A stretch of DNA of 64,000 nucleotides from Treponemataceae bacterium (GCA_963677895.2 CAXXGJ010000017.1:96001-160000); one strand, 5' to 3'; positions 10,131 to 19,704 are shown, counted from the first letter of the stretch. Numbers and translations: made by a program. Notes: a model not told the origin generated them from the sequence alone.

Positions 10131-10861
10131 TCGTTATGCGCTCTTCTGTATTCGTACATGAAGAGCGCCGCGGCCACCGAAACGTTGAGCGAATCCACGT
10201 GACCCCGCATCGGGATCGATACGATGGCGTCCGCTCTTTCGGCGAGAAGCCGTGACACGCCTTCTCCTTCGTTCCCGAAGACAAAGCAGGTCTTCGCGGG
10301 CAGGGGGAGTCCCGGGAGCGGCGCGCCGCCCATGTCGGCGGCATATACCCAGAAACCCTTGCCCTGAAGCCTTTTCACAGCGTCCGCGAGGTTCTGCACG
10401 AAGGCCACCGGCACCCAGGCCGAGGCGCCGGCGCTCGTCCTCGCCGCGGCGTCTCCCAGAGGCGAGGCGCGCCGCATCGGGGCTACCACGAGGTTTATGC
10501 CGAACGCGTCGGCCGAACGCAGTATCGCGCCGAAATTCTGGGGATCTTCGATATGATCCAACACCAGGACGAGAGCCTTTTCAGGCGGATCTTCCAAAAA
10601 ATCTTCCAGGGAGAGGCTTTTTTCGGCGTTCCTGCCGAGTAGGGAAAGCGCTATGCCTTTATTGTCGGGATCGATCCTGTCGAGCAGGTCCTGGTCGACC
10701 TGTTCGACGACGATCCCCTGTTTTTTCGCCAGATCCAGGATATCCCTTACGCGCGGGCCCTGCTTTCGGCTTCCCTCGCCGGAGGCGACGAGAATTTTCA
10801 CCTGGGATGGCTTGGCTTTAAGCGTTTCGAGGATTCCATGAAAACTTGTTATATAGTCCAC
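10127..10861 (-). CDS. rlmB: 23S rRNA Gm2251 2'-O-methyltransferase (SpoU family)
   Basis: LDHIEDPQNFGAILRSA, GNEGEG and SIPMRGHVDSLNVSVA. Confidence 0.9.
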   Translation of the reverse strand: MDYITSFHGILETLKAKPSQVKILVASGEGSRKQGPRVRDILDLAKKQGIVVEQVDQDLLDRIDPDNKGIALSLLGRNAEKSLSLEDFLEDPPEKALVLVLDHIEDPQNFGAILRSADAFGINLVVAPMRRASPLGDAAARTSAGASAWVPVAFVQNLADAVKRLQGKGFWVYAADMGGAPLPGLPLPAKTCFVFGNEGEGVSRLLAERADAIVSIPMRGHVDSLNVSVAAALFMYEYRRAHND

Positions 10862-10949
10862 GGCGTGAATACTAGCAGAGGAAAGCTTCTATGAAAAGTG
10901 AGGGACCTCGCCTGATCATTCCGCGAGGTCCCGATTCGATTGCGTAGCC

Positions 10950-11771
10950 TCAGGGCATGACGGTGAATTCCTGGACAAGCTGTATGGCGCTTTCCGCATG
11001 CTTGACGCCAGAAATCGAGTGAGTGGCCGCCAAGGCCGTATCGATGGAGGACTGCGCGTTCGCGACGCCATGCAGCACCACCGAGCCTCTCTCGACCGTC
11101 GCTTCCAGGAAATGCACGGGGATCTTGCGCGCATAGATGATCTCGGTCACGACATTCTGCGCGAGCACGAGATCTTCTATCTTCTGTACGCCGGCTTCTT
11201 CCTTACCCTTGTCGACAAAAACCTTGCAGAGCGAATCGATCGCCACCGCCGCGTGAGCGGGATCGGTGTTCCCCGTATTGATGGTCAGATCGTATTCCCG
11301 GCCATCGGACCAGTCCGTGGAGAAAAAATACTTATGGAAGCCGCCGCGGTCATGGTCGCTCTGTTCGATGATCTGAAGGGCGCGTTTGTTGTCGCAGCCG
11401 AAAGTTCTTTTCGTCCTTTCGACCCTGACGGATAAGGGCGCCGTGATCTTCACCGCGAGCATGTGCGGAACGCCCCTCAGGATCGCATAACCGCCCCGCC
11501 CCATGATGATGCAGTTGTTTTCCTGCGCCGCGTCCAGAATCGCCGTCTTGAGGAAATGCAGGTAGTCGTCCCTCTGCTGCGAGAGCGAAGCCCAGAAACC
11601 GGGATTCCTCTCATCGTATTTTTGCCGCTTCTCGGCGGTTATTCCAATAGAATTGAGCTTGCCTTCCAGATACTCCTTGTCGATGAGTTTGTATCCGGAA
11701 ATCTGCGACAATTCTTGTGCCGTCTCTTCGCCGAGGGATGCCAGTTCACGCGCTATGGTAATTATCGCCAT
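10950..11771 (-). CDS. Cytidylate kinase-like family protein with C-terminal BON-like domain
   Basis: MAIITIARELASLG, IIMGRGG, YDLTINT; C-terminus VERGSVVLHGVA...SGVKHAESAIQ; AAGGAGG RBS. Confidence 0.75.
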   Translation of the reverse strand: MAIITIARELASLGEETAQELSQISGYKLIDKEYLEGKLNSIGITAEKRQKYDERNPGFWASLSQQRDDYLHFLKTAILDAAQENNCIIMGRGGYAILRGVPHMLAVKITAPLSVRVERTKRTFGCDNKRALQIIEQSDHDRGGFHKYFFSTDWSDGREYDLTINTGNTDPAHAAVAIDSLCKVFVDKGKEEAGVQKIEDLVLAQNVVTEIIYARKIPVHFLEATVERGSVVLHGVANAQSSIDTALAATHSISGVKHAESAIQLVQEFTVMP

Positions 11772-11908
11772 TGTTTCTCCCTCCTTTTCTATATTTACTG
11801 TATGATTATATTCGCGGTAAGTCAAATTTTTTCCGAAACCGGATTTTCGGCCTCCCGACTTTAACCCCCCGATGGTACAAGCTCGTTGATATCGGTATAC
11901 TCAGCCCG

Positions 11909-12811
11909 ATGGAAAAGTTAGGAGCCTTGGCGGCGTTCGGGACGGCTTTTTGCTGGTCCATTTCCGCCATATTCTTTGAAAACGCGTCCAGAAAATTTGG
12001 CGCCCTCGCCGTCAACTTCTGGAAAGTCGTCTTCGCTTTTTTCCTCCTTGCCCTGGCGGGTACCATCCTCAACGGCCAGCCCCTTCCCTTAAGCGCATCG
12101 CCCGCGACATGGTTCTATCTTTGCCTTTCGGGCGTCATCGGCTTCCTGGTTTCGGATTATTTCCTCTTCAATGCCTACATACTCATCGGATCGCGCATCA
12201 GCGTCGTATTCCAGGCGCTGACGCCGCTTTTCACCGCCCTGTTCGCCTTCGTGTTCCTGGGCGAAAGAATGAAGCCCCTCCGGCTTCTCGGAATGGCCAT
12301 TGTCGTGGGCGGCATCCTCATAGTGGTATTGTCGAGACAGAGAAAACAAAAAAGCGAAGGCAAGCCATTCTCGGCATCCAAAAAAGGTTATATCTACGCC
12401 CTGCTTTCGGCGGTTTTCCAGGCGGTCGGACTGATCTTCTCAAAAGTCGGCCTCGGCGACAGCAATGCCATCGCCGGCACGCAGATCAGAGTGATGACCG
12501 CGATACTGGGATTCGGACTTCAAGCCTTGCTCACCGGCCAAGCGGTGCAGGTTTTCAAAGTCACGCCGAAGGAAAGGACTTTCCTGAAGAACCTGGGCAT
12601 CGGCGCCATTTTCGGTCCTTTCCTGGGTGTCACCTTCTCGCTTTTCGCCCTTCAGAATACCGAAGCGGGCACGGCCAGCACGCTGATGGCGCTGACTCCC
12701 GTACTCATCATCCCGCCCACGATTTTCATCCTCAAACAAAAAGTGCAAGCCCTGGAAGTCGCCGGCGCCATCGTGGCGGTGAGCGGCGCGGCGCTTTTCT
12801 TTCTTCTGTAG
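11909..12811 (+). CDS. DMT (EamA) family transporter
   Basis: About 10 hydrophobic segments in two EamA repeats; LTPLFTALFAFVFLGE. Confidence 0.85.
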   Translation: MEKLGALAAFGTAFCWSISAIFFENASRKFGALAVNFWKVVFAFFLLALAGTILNGQPLPLSASPATWFYLCLSGVIGFLVSDYFLFNAYILIGSRISVVFQALTPLFTALFAFVFLGERMKPLRLLGMAIVVGGILIVVLSRQRKQKSEGKPFSASKKGYIYALLSAVFQAVGLIFSKVGLGDSNAIAGTQIRVMTAILGFGLQALLTGQAVQVFKVTPKERTFLKNLGIGAIFGPFLGVTFSLFALQNTEAGTASTLMALTPVLIIPPTIFILKQKVQALEVAGAIVAVSGAALFFLL

Positions 12812-12881
12812 GCGGACTTCGGGCATTTTATATGCACGAATCCGGCGCATTGATATATAATTGATCCTAAAGGAGCGCACA

Positions 12882-13910
12882 ATGAAGGCTCTCGTGAAAA
12901 GCAAGGCCGAACCCGGACTGTGGATGCAGGAAGTGCCCATGCCCGAGATCGGCGACAACGATCTTCTGGTTCGCGTCAAGAAAACGGCAATCTGCGGCAC
13001 CGATGTCCACATATGGAAATGGGACGCCTGGTCGCAGCGAACGATCAGCATCGGGCAGACGGTCGGCCACGAATTCGTGGGCGAAATCGTCGAGATGGGG
13101 CGTTCGGTCGCCGGGTACAAGATTGGCGAAAGAGTCTCGGCGGAAGGCCATATCGTCTGCGGCGTCTGCAGGGCATGCAGGGCCGGCAAACGTCATCTCT
13201 GCCCCAACACCATAGGCATCGGCGTCAACAGGAACGGCTGTTTCGCCGAATATGTCTCGGTGCCGGCCTCCAACGCATGGCATGTCCACGATTCCATTTC
13301 CGACGATATAGCCTCCATTTTCGATCCCTATGGCAACGCCACCCATACCGCCCTCTCCTTCGATATGATCGGCGAGGATGTGCTCATCACCGGCGCCGGC
13401 CCCATCGGCTGCATGGCTGCCGCCATTTCCAAGCACGTCGGCGCTCGAAATGTCGTCATCACCGACGTGAACGACTGGCGGCTCGATCTCGCGAAGAAGC
13501 TCGGCGCCACGCGCACGGTCAATACAGCGAAGGAATCCCTCAAGGCGGTGCAGCAGGAGCTGGGCATGGTCGGCGGCTTCGATATCGGCCTCGAAATGTC
13601 GGGAAATCCCAAAGCCCTGGAACAGATGATCGAAAACATGTACAACGGCGGCAGGATGGCGCTGCTGGGCCTTCTCCCCGACGGGGCCGGCATCGACTGG
13701 AGCCGCGTCATATTCAAAGGCCTCTTCCTCAAGGGGATATACGGCCGCGAAATTTTCGAGACCTGGTACAAGATGCAGGCCATGCTTCTTTCAGGCCTCG
13801 ACATCAGCCCCGTGATCACGCATCGCTATTCCTTCGACGACTTCGAAAAGGGCTTTGACGCCATGCTCTCGGGGCAATCGGGCAAAGTGATCCTCAGCTT
13901 CGATTGGTGA
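12882..13910 (+). CDS. tdh: L-threonine 3-dehydrogenase
   Basis: [14 protein letters not shown], structural-zinc CGVCRAC...[30 protein letters not shown]. Confidence 0.95.
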   Translation: MKALVKSKAEPGLWMQEVPMPEIGDNDLLVRVKKTAICGTDVHIWKWDAWSQRTISIGQTVGHEFVGEIVEMGRSVAGYKIGERVSAEGHIVCGVCRACRAGKRHLCPNTIGIGVNRNGCFAEYVSVPASNAWHVHDSISDDIASIFDPYGNATHTALSFDMIGEDVLITGAGPIGCMAAAISKHVGARNVVITDVNDWRLDLAKKLGATRTVNTAKESLKAVQQELGMVGGFDIGLEMSGNPKALEQMIENMYNGGRMALLGLLPDGAGIDWSRVIFKGLFLKGIYGREIFETWYKMQAMLLSGLDISPVITHRYSFDDFEKGFDAMLSGQSGKVILSFDW

Positions 13911-14004
13911 TGAAGGGAGTTCGCGTTTTTTTAACTGAGGAGGGGGAACCTCCGGTTCCTCCTCTACTCTCGATACGTGCCGTCGTTTCTGCTATACTCG
14001 TCTC

Positions 14005-15453
14005 GTGAAAGAACACGCATATAAAGGCAATCGACGTCCGGGCGGATCGCCCCGCCGCTTCGAAAAGGTCCGGTCGACGCAAAAGCCGGAGATTCAGCCG
14101 CTTCCCTCGACCGCGATCCAGTCCCTCAAGATAGATGGCGACTGCGTAAAGGCCCTGGCCGCCCTGCCCGCCATATTCGACGAGACCGTCCCGCTTACGC
14201 AAAAACACAGGGTGGAACTCGGCCACACCATCAGATCTCTCTGGGAAGACCTCACCTCCGAACGGGAACACAGGACGGCTGAGTATTTAAGCTCGCCCGC
14301 CTACTATTCGGCCTATGTGCGTTATTTCCTTCCCTGGAACATCCTCCGCCTCTCATCGATCTTCTCAGGCCTTCCGCTCGAACTGGATGACGGAGCGACG
14401 ATCGTCGATATCGGTTCGGGTCCGATGACCGTGCCGATCGCCCTCTATATCGCCCGCCCCGACCTGCGGAAAAAACAGCTCACTATTTACTGCCTGGATA
14501 AAACGGAACACATTCTCAAGGTCGGCCAGACGATTTTCGAAAGCCTGAGCGTCAGGCTTTCCGGCGCCCTGCCCCCCTGGAAAATCATACCCTTAAGACA
14601 GCAGTTTGGATCCTTCCTGCCGGAAAAGGCGGACCTGCTCACCGCCGCCAATGTCTTCAACGAGTTTTTCTGGAAGAGCAAGACCCCGCTCGGCATGCGC
14701 GCCCTCCTCACGGCCCGCCAGCTCCTGGGATACCTGAAGGATTCGGGCTCGATCTTCCTCATGGAACCGGGCGACCCGCGCTCCGGCTCCTTCATCAGCT
14801 CGGTCCGCGCCGCTCTATCGGCCTTCGGGGCTTTCCCGATCGCGCCCTGTCCCCACAACCATTCCTGCCCGATGCCCGGCATTTTCCGCAGCCTTTCCAC
14901 GCCGGGCGAGGAACTTCCCACGGGTGCCTCGTCCAAAAACCTCTCCGATGTCGTCATGCCCAAACGGCGCGACAAATATCCCTGGTGTCATTTCACCATC
15001 GGAACGGAGAGCGCTCCGGCATGGCTCAAGACGCTGTCAGACGAAGCGGGGCTCTCCAAGGACAAACTGGTTTTCTCATATCTATTGTCGACCCTGCCCA
15101 AAATGCCCCTCCAGGCAAAAAAACCGCCGGAATCTTCGGCTCTGTTGCGAATCGTCTCCGAAGAGTTCCCCCTGCCCAACTTCAAGGCGGGTCGCTATGC
15201 CTGTTCGGCCGAGGGCTACAGTCTTGTGCGCTATTCGCCCTTGAACTTCGGCTTCGCGAGCGGAGATCTCGTCCGCATGCCTCAGCCAGCCGTGCCTGCC
15301 GCGCCAAGCGCCCCGCGGGAAAAGCGCCCGACGGGAAAGCCCCAAACGCGTTTAGCGGATATCCTGGACCATCGTCCGATCCCCGCGGCCAAGGCCGCCG
15401 GCAAGGGCAAAGACATCGATGAAAAATCGGGAGCGATAATCGTTTCCTATTGA
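14005..15453 (+). CDS. Rsm22/METTL17-family small-subunit methyltransferase-like protein
   Basis: SAYVRYFLPWN, VDIGSGP SAM motif, MEPG, APCPHNHSCP, WCHF and KLVFSYL. Confidence 0.75.
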   Translation: MKEHAYKGNRRPGGSPRRFEKVRSTQKPEIQPLPSTAIQSLKIDGDCVKALAALPAIFDETVPLTQKHRVELGHTIRSLWEDLTSEREHRTAEYLSSPAYYSAYVRYFLPWNILRLSSIFSGLPLELDDGATIVDIGSGPMTVPIALYIARPDLRKKQLTIYCLDKTEHILKVGQTIFESLSVRLSGALPPWKIIPLRQQFGSFLPEKADLLTAANVFNEFFWKSKTPLGMRALLTARQLLGYLKDSGSIFLMEPGDPRSGSFISSVRAALSAFGAFPIAPCPHNHSCPMPGIFRSLSTPGEELPTGASSKNLSDVVMPKRRDKYPWCHFTIGTESAPAWLKTLSDEAGLSKDKLVFSYLLSTLPKMPLQAKKPPESSALLRIVSEEFPLPNFKAGRYACSAEGYSLVRYSPLNFGFASGDLVRMPQPAVPAAPSAPREKRPTGKPQTRLADILDHRPIPAAKAAGKGKDIDEKSGAIIVSY

Positions 15454-15478
15454 CATTAGGGTTCAATCCATATATATT
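15450..15478 (+). promoter_or_regulatory. Sigma70 promoter of the tRNA pair
   Basis: TTGACA-N17-TATATT; the -35 box overlaps the stop codon of the Rsm22 gene. Confidence 0.75.
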
Positions 15479-15500
15479 TCGTCTTCGTCAGCAATGACAC

Positions 15501-15574
15501 GGGGGCGTAGCGAAGCTGGTTATCGCGCTGGCCTGTCAAGCCGGAGATCGCGGGTTCGATACCCGTCGCTCCCG
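15501..15574 (+). tRNA. tRNA-Asp (GTC)
   Basis: Acceptor stem GGGGGCG/CGCTCCC, anticodon arm CTGGC-CTGTCAA-GCCGG, T-loop GGTTCGATAC, discriminator G; CCA not encoded. Confidence 0.95.
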
Positions 15575-15594
15575 ATTCGCCTCTTGGGGCGATC

Positions 15595-15625
15595 AAACCC
15601 GTCAATCAAACTGACGGGTTTTTTT
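15595..15625 (+). terminator. Intrinsic terminator-like hairpin between the two tRNAs
   Basis: AAACCCGTCA-atcaaac-TGACGGGTTT continuing into a T-run. Confidence 0.65.
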
Positions 15626-15629
15626 ATTA

Positions 15630-15702
15630 CGGGCTGTAGCGCAGGGGCTAGCGCGCTTGGTTCGGGACCAAGATGTCGGAGGTTCAAATCCTCTCAGCCC
15701 GA
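15630..15702 (+). tRNA. tRNA-Pro (CGG)
   Basis: Acceptor stem CGGGCTG/CAGCCCG, anticodon arm CTTGG-TTCGGGA-CCAAG, GGTTCAAATC; CCA not encoded. Confidence 0.95.
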
Positions 15703-15717
15703 TTAGACCTACACATG

Positions 15718-15752
15718 ACGCCCGACTGAAAACAGTCGGGCGTTGGTGTTTC
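15718..15752 (+). terminator. Hairpin after tRNA-Pro, probable terminator
   Basis: ACGCCCGACTG-AAAA-CAGTCGGGCGT followed by TGGTGTTT. Confidence 0.6.
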
Positions 15753-15880
15753 TGAACCATGAATAAAAAGGCAAGCTAACCGGTCGGGCGCGTCGGGTAT
15801 TATAAATAGATTCCGATATTAATAGTTTACAAAACAAGTAATCAAGGAGATACTGTCTGTAACCTAACGATGGAGCAAAC

Positions 15881-16867
15881 ATGAAAAAGAGCATCTTCCC
15901 GTTAGTCTTTGCGCTTATATCGGTACTGTTGCTTTCGGGCTGTCCGGCGATTCTGGATTTTGTAGAAGACCTTATCCCCACGACGACGACCACTACGACG
16001 ACCACTACAACGACAACCACCACAACCCCGCCAACAACAACGACCACGACTACTGTACCGACAACGACTACAACGACGACGACGACCACCACCACTACTA
16101 CTACCACCACGACAGTCCCGCCGCCGACGACGACGAGCACGACCACGACAACCACGATAATGTCCTTTGAGGACACGCTCTCCGCCGCTAACGCGGCATC
16201 AGGGTATGACGGCAGGCTTCCCGTAATTTCCGGCGGGATACAACATTACGTAATCCAGAACAAGATTGATAATCCCTTGACCACCAATCAGGCAGTCGCC
16301 TATTACGCCGATACTGGTAATTTCTCTATTACGCAGCAGACTGGTCCCTTAACAACCTTACCGGTGTCTTTTCCGTCGATATTCATCGGCAACAATAACG
16401 GACATGCTACGTCTGGCAGCGCCCTTCCAATGCTTACCAGCGCTATTTCAAGCATTCCAACAGCCTGGACCTGGTCGAACGCGAATGCCCCATTAGCTGA
16501 TTTCGCCGCCACCTACGAACTATGGTTTACGACAGCGTTTAATAACAGCAGCATCCCGGGCCCGGAATATTCGCTGAATATTTGGCTATACAAGCCGGCC
16601 GGCCATTCGCCAGGCGGGTCTCAGTACGGTTTAGTCATGATAAATGGCCTGCAATGGAATATCTGGATCGATCCTTTTTCTATCACCTACGTGGCGCCCG
16701 CAGCAGCGCGAAACGTGAGTTTCGATCTTGTCTCCTTCATCAACGACGCAAAAGGGCGGGGCATGATTTTAAATTCTGACTATCTCCACGACGTCATCGC
16801 GGGCTTCAGGATATGGTCAGGCGGCGCGGGACTGGCGAGCGGCAATTTCAGCGCATTGGTGCGCTAG
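15881..16867 (+). CDS. Lipoprotein with poly-Thr stalk and glycoside hydrolase family 12-like domain lacking the catalytic Glu residues
   Basis: Lipobox LLSG-C20; about 60-residue Thr/Pro tract; GH12 landmarks FPSIF, IPTAWTW, ATYELWF, LNIWL, SFDLVSF and AGFRIWSGGAGL. Confidence 0.75.
   Translation: MKKSIFPLVFALISVLLLSGCPAILDFVEDLIPTTTTTTTTTTTTTTTTPPTTTTTTTVPTTTTTTTTTTTTTTTTTTVPPPTTTSTTTTTTIMSFEDTLSAANAASGYDGRLPVISGGIQHYVIQNKIDNPLTTNQAVAYYADTGNFSITQQTGPLTTLPVSFPSIFIGNNNGHATSGSALPMLTSAISSIPTAWTWSNANAPLADFAATYELWFTTAFNNSSIPGPEYSLNIWLYKPAGHSPGGSQYGLVMINGLQWNIWIDPFSITYVAPAAARNVSFDLVSFINDAKGRGMILNSDYLHDVIAGFRIWSGGAGLASGNFSALVR
15978..16157 (+). repeat. Degenerate ACN trinucleotide tract (poly-Thr linker)
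   Basis: Long run of ACG/ACC/ACT/ACA codons interrupted by Pro, Val and Ser codons. Confidence 0.9.
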
Positions 16868-18033
16868 GCAACGCTCTTCACTTTCCTGTTAAGCCCGACA
16901 GCGAGTATCAGCGCGGCGGCGAGCGAAAGAGAAGCGCCCAACGCGAAGGGAACCACGGGTCCGAATATATTCCACAAAAATCCAGCGATCACGCTCGCGG
17001 GCAGAAGCGCGATTCCGACGATCGTGGAATGAAGACCGAGCACGGTGCCCTTCAGTTCCTTGGGCGCGATCTCGGCTATGAAGGCGCGTTCGACACCGGC
17101 CGTCATGGCGGTGAAAACTCCATACAAGGCGAAAGCCGCGACGATAACCGCTTTACCGGTGGCCCAGGCAAAGCTGGCATACACGATCGCGAACGTCACA
17201 TACCCGGCGACCAGCACCCATTTTCTCCCGACGCGATCGGATATCTTGCCAAGCGGTATGGAGAGAAGGGACGAGACGATGTTGTACAGGAAATACAGCA
17301 GCACCACCGTGGCCGAATCGAATCCCATGTTTTTAGCCCGAAGAAGAAGGAAAGTGTTCGACGAATTGCCGAGTGTGAATATGAATACGACAACCAGATA
17401 GAGTTTCAGGCGCGAATCGAGATTCTTGAGACTGCCGAAGACGTTGAGCGGCGCCTTTGACTCGCTTGGTTTGTGGGTCTCCTTGATGAAGATGAACATG
17501 AAGAGGGCAGCGAGCGTCGGGATTGCCGAAAGCAGGAAGATCCGCTTGTACGCGAATTCGCCGTTACCGGTCTTCATGATGAAAAACGCGAGGAGAATGC
17601 CCGCCGCCGACCCTGCCATGTCGAGGGCTTTATGAAGCCCAAACGAGTGCCCCAGCTTTTTCGAATCGCTGCTCTCGCTGACGAGCACGTCGCGAGGCGC
17701 CGTCCTGATGCCTTTTCCGAAGCGATCGATTACCCGCGCGGCGAGCACGCCCACCCAGGAACTGGCGAAAATGAGGGCCAGCTTATATATAAGTCCCGTG
17801 GAATAGCCGAAGAAGGCGATGGGCTTTTTCTTCCGGTACTTATCCGTGGCATAGCCGCTGAATACTTTAAGGAGGCTCGCGAGGCTTTCGGCGATTCCCT
17901 CTATCACGCCGACGAGAGCTGGCGTGGCGCCGAATACCGTCGTCAGATACATGGGAATGAGGGGATAGACCATCTCGGTGCTCAGATCGGCGAAAAAACT
18001 GACAAGCCCAATCAAAATTACGTTGTTCATCAT
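16864..18033 (-). CDS. MFS transporter
   Basis: Start MMNNVILIGLVSFF overlaps the upstream stop (TAATG); GYATDKYRKK and GKISDRVGRK MFS loops; DRFGKGIRTAPRD. Confidence 0.9.
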   Translation of the reverse strand: MMNNVILIGLVSFFADLSTEMVYPLIPMYLTTVFGATPALVGVIEGIAESLASLLKVFSGYATDKYRKKKPIAFFGYSTGLIYKLALIFASSWVGVLAARVIDRFGKGIRTAPRDVLVSESSDSKKLGHSFGLHKALDMAGSAAGILLAFFIMKTGNGEFAYKRIFLLSAIPTLAALFMFIFIKETHKPSESKAPLNVFGSLKNLDSRLKLYLVVVFIFTLGNSSNTFLLLRAKNMGFDSATVVLLYFLYNIVSSLLSIPLGKISDRVGRKWVLVAGYVTFAIVYASFAWATGKAVIVAAFALYGVFTAMTAGVERAFIAEIAPKELKGTVLGLHSTIVGIALLPASVIAGFLWNIFGPVVPFALGASLSLAAALILAVGLNRKVKSVA

Positions 18034-19670
18034 TAGCCCAACCTTTCGGGTACAGTATAGACGATAGGCGATACAGCGCTGATCCTTCCGACGAGGGTCA
18101 GCTTCTTTTCGACCGCGAGAGAAAACGCGGCCGTGGTGGGAATGCTTCGCGAAACCACCAGGGGAATGCCCGCTGCGACAGCCTTGGCCGCCATGTCCGC
18201 GGCGATGCGGCCGGAACTGATGAGGCAGCTTCGCGAAAAATCCACTTTTTCGCGAAGCCCGCGTCCTATGGCCTTGTCGACGGCGTTGTGTCTGCCAACG
18301 TCCTCGAAGGTGAATACTAGTCCATTTTCGGGGACGAGAGCGGCGCAGTGCATACCGCCCGTCGTCTTGTACAGCTTGGCCTGGTCGAACATCTCCCGCG
18401 CCCAATCGCGCAGCGATGCCATGGCGAAGGTCCGTGACGGAGAAAGACGGGCGAGCCTGTCGCCATGAAAAATCGAAGCCGGACTCGCGCCGCAGGCCGA
18501 GGGGACGACGGCAAAGCCGGACTCGTGGGCGATATCATGGACGCATTTGATGTGCACGCGCGAATTGTCGGGACAAACCCACAGACTCAGGACTTCGTCC
18601 ATGGACGCGATGAGCCCGCCGCTGAAAAGGTGGCCCAAGGCGAGAACCTCCAGATCGAAGGGACTGCACATAAGCGTAACGATGTCCTTTCCATTCACCT
18701 CGAGCGTGACGGCACTTTCCGGAGCCAGGAGGCGGTTCCTCGGATCGGGAGGAACATCGTTTTCCCGCGCCATAGCGTCCTCGGATTGACGCGTCTTCTC
18801 GCCATTATGTCTTGAAACTATAGTATTCATGGCCAGGCCGGCGAGGAGAAGGAGCGTACCCAGGAGTTTTTTCCATTCAAGGCTTCCTCCCAGGGCAAAT
18901 TCGATGAGTATGCCGGCGAAAGCCTGGCCCGAAAACACGAGCAGCGTAGCGGAAAAAGCCCTTATCCGGGGGAAGATGAGGTTCATGGAGGTGACGACCA
19001 CCACGCCCATGCAGCCTCCCCCGAGCGCGAGAAAGGGACCCGCGGCCGCGACAGACCGCAGCATGTCAGCGACATCGGGCCTGACCAGGGCTACGATGAG
19101 CGATGTCGTGACGAGACCGACGACATAATTGGCGCGCGTGCTTCGCAGGACGCCCTTCTTTCGGCCCAGCTCGGAGTTCAACGCGAAGGAGAGCGCGGGG
19201 AAAGCGCCGGCCGCGAGGGCCGCGGCCATGGCGGAAACATCGGCGCGCCAATGGCCGCCCGACATCACGGCCACGCCAGCCACCGCCAGGAGAAGACTTG
19301 GCGCGCTTCGGAGGCTCAAGGGGTATTTCTTCCTGCCCAGGAGCCCTGTGGCGTCGATGAGGACCGAGAACAATGTCTGGCCGAGAAGCGCGAGCGATAC
19401 GGTCAGCGAGGCGCCGAGTATGCCGAAAGCGTAGTTGTTGGAAAAAACCGTTCCGACGCCTATAAATCCGCCGAGGTAGTAATAAAACGGCAGCCTGCCC
19501 GGTTGGCGCGCTTCCCGTTTCAGCAACAGCGCGACCGATACAGCGACGAGTCCCGCCAGATGAATGAAGAGCACGGCGGCAAGGCTGCCGGCGATCGCGG
19601 AAAAACGGCTGTTCAGGCCGTTCATCAACGTTATGAGAGCGCCGACGAGAGGCGCTAACGCGCTGTACAT
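18033..19670 (-). CDS. fdhD: In-frame fusion of a DMT/YdcZ-like transporter (N-terminal) and FdhD sulfurtransferase (C-terminal)
   Basis: About 290 aa with roughly 10 TM segments, then TLMCSP...LALGHLFSGG, SACG, TGGMHCAAL, EDVGRHNAVDK and SSGR. Possible internal start at 18773. Confidence 0.8.
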   Translation of the reverse strand: MYSALAPLVGALITLMNGLNSRFSAIAGSLAAVLFIHLAGLVAVSVALLLKREARQPGRLPFYYYLGGFIGVGTVFSNNYAFGILGASLTVSLALLGQTLFSVLIDATGLLGRKKYPLSLRSAPSLLLAVAGVAVMSGGHWRADVSAMAAALAAGAFPALSFALNSELGRKKGVLRSTRANYVVGLVTTSLIVALVRPDVADMLRSVAAAGPFLALGGGCMGVVVVTSMNLIFPRIRAFSATLLVFSGQAFAGILIEFALGGSLEWKKLLGTLLLLAGLAMNTIVSRHNGEKTRQSEDAMARENDVPPDPRNRLLAPESAVTLEVNGKDIVTLMCSPFDLEVLALGHLFSGGLIASMDEVLSLWVCPDNSRVHIKCVHDIAHESGFAVVPSACGASPASIFHGDRLARLSPSRTFAMASLRDWAREMFDQAKLYKTTGGMHCAALVPENGLVFTFEDVGRHNAVDKAIGRGLREKVDFSRSCLISSGRIAADMAAKAVAAGIPLVVSRSIPTTAAFSLAVEKKLTLVGRISAVSPIVYTVPERLG

Positions 19671-19704
19671 ATGACGGTCTCCATATTCATATCCTGCCCG
19701 AGGC

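Noticed and set aside
11900..15703. 11-bp match CTCAGCCCGAT between 11900-11910 and the tRNA-Pro 3' end as a possible att site
   Set aside because: Too short, it lies upstream of the tRNA, the intervening genes are housekeeping-like, and there is no integrase.
15709..16176. Poly-valine 155-aa ORF on the minus strand
   Set aside because: It is the antisense shadow of the ACN poly-Thr tract; the plus-strand gene has the RBS, lipobox and GH12 domain.
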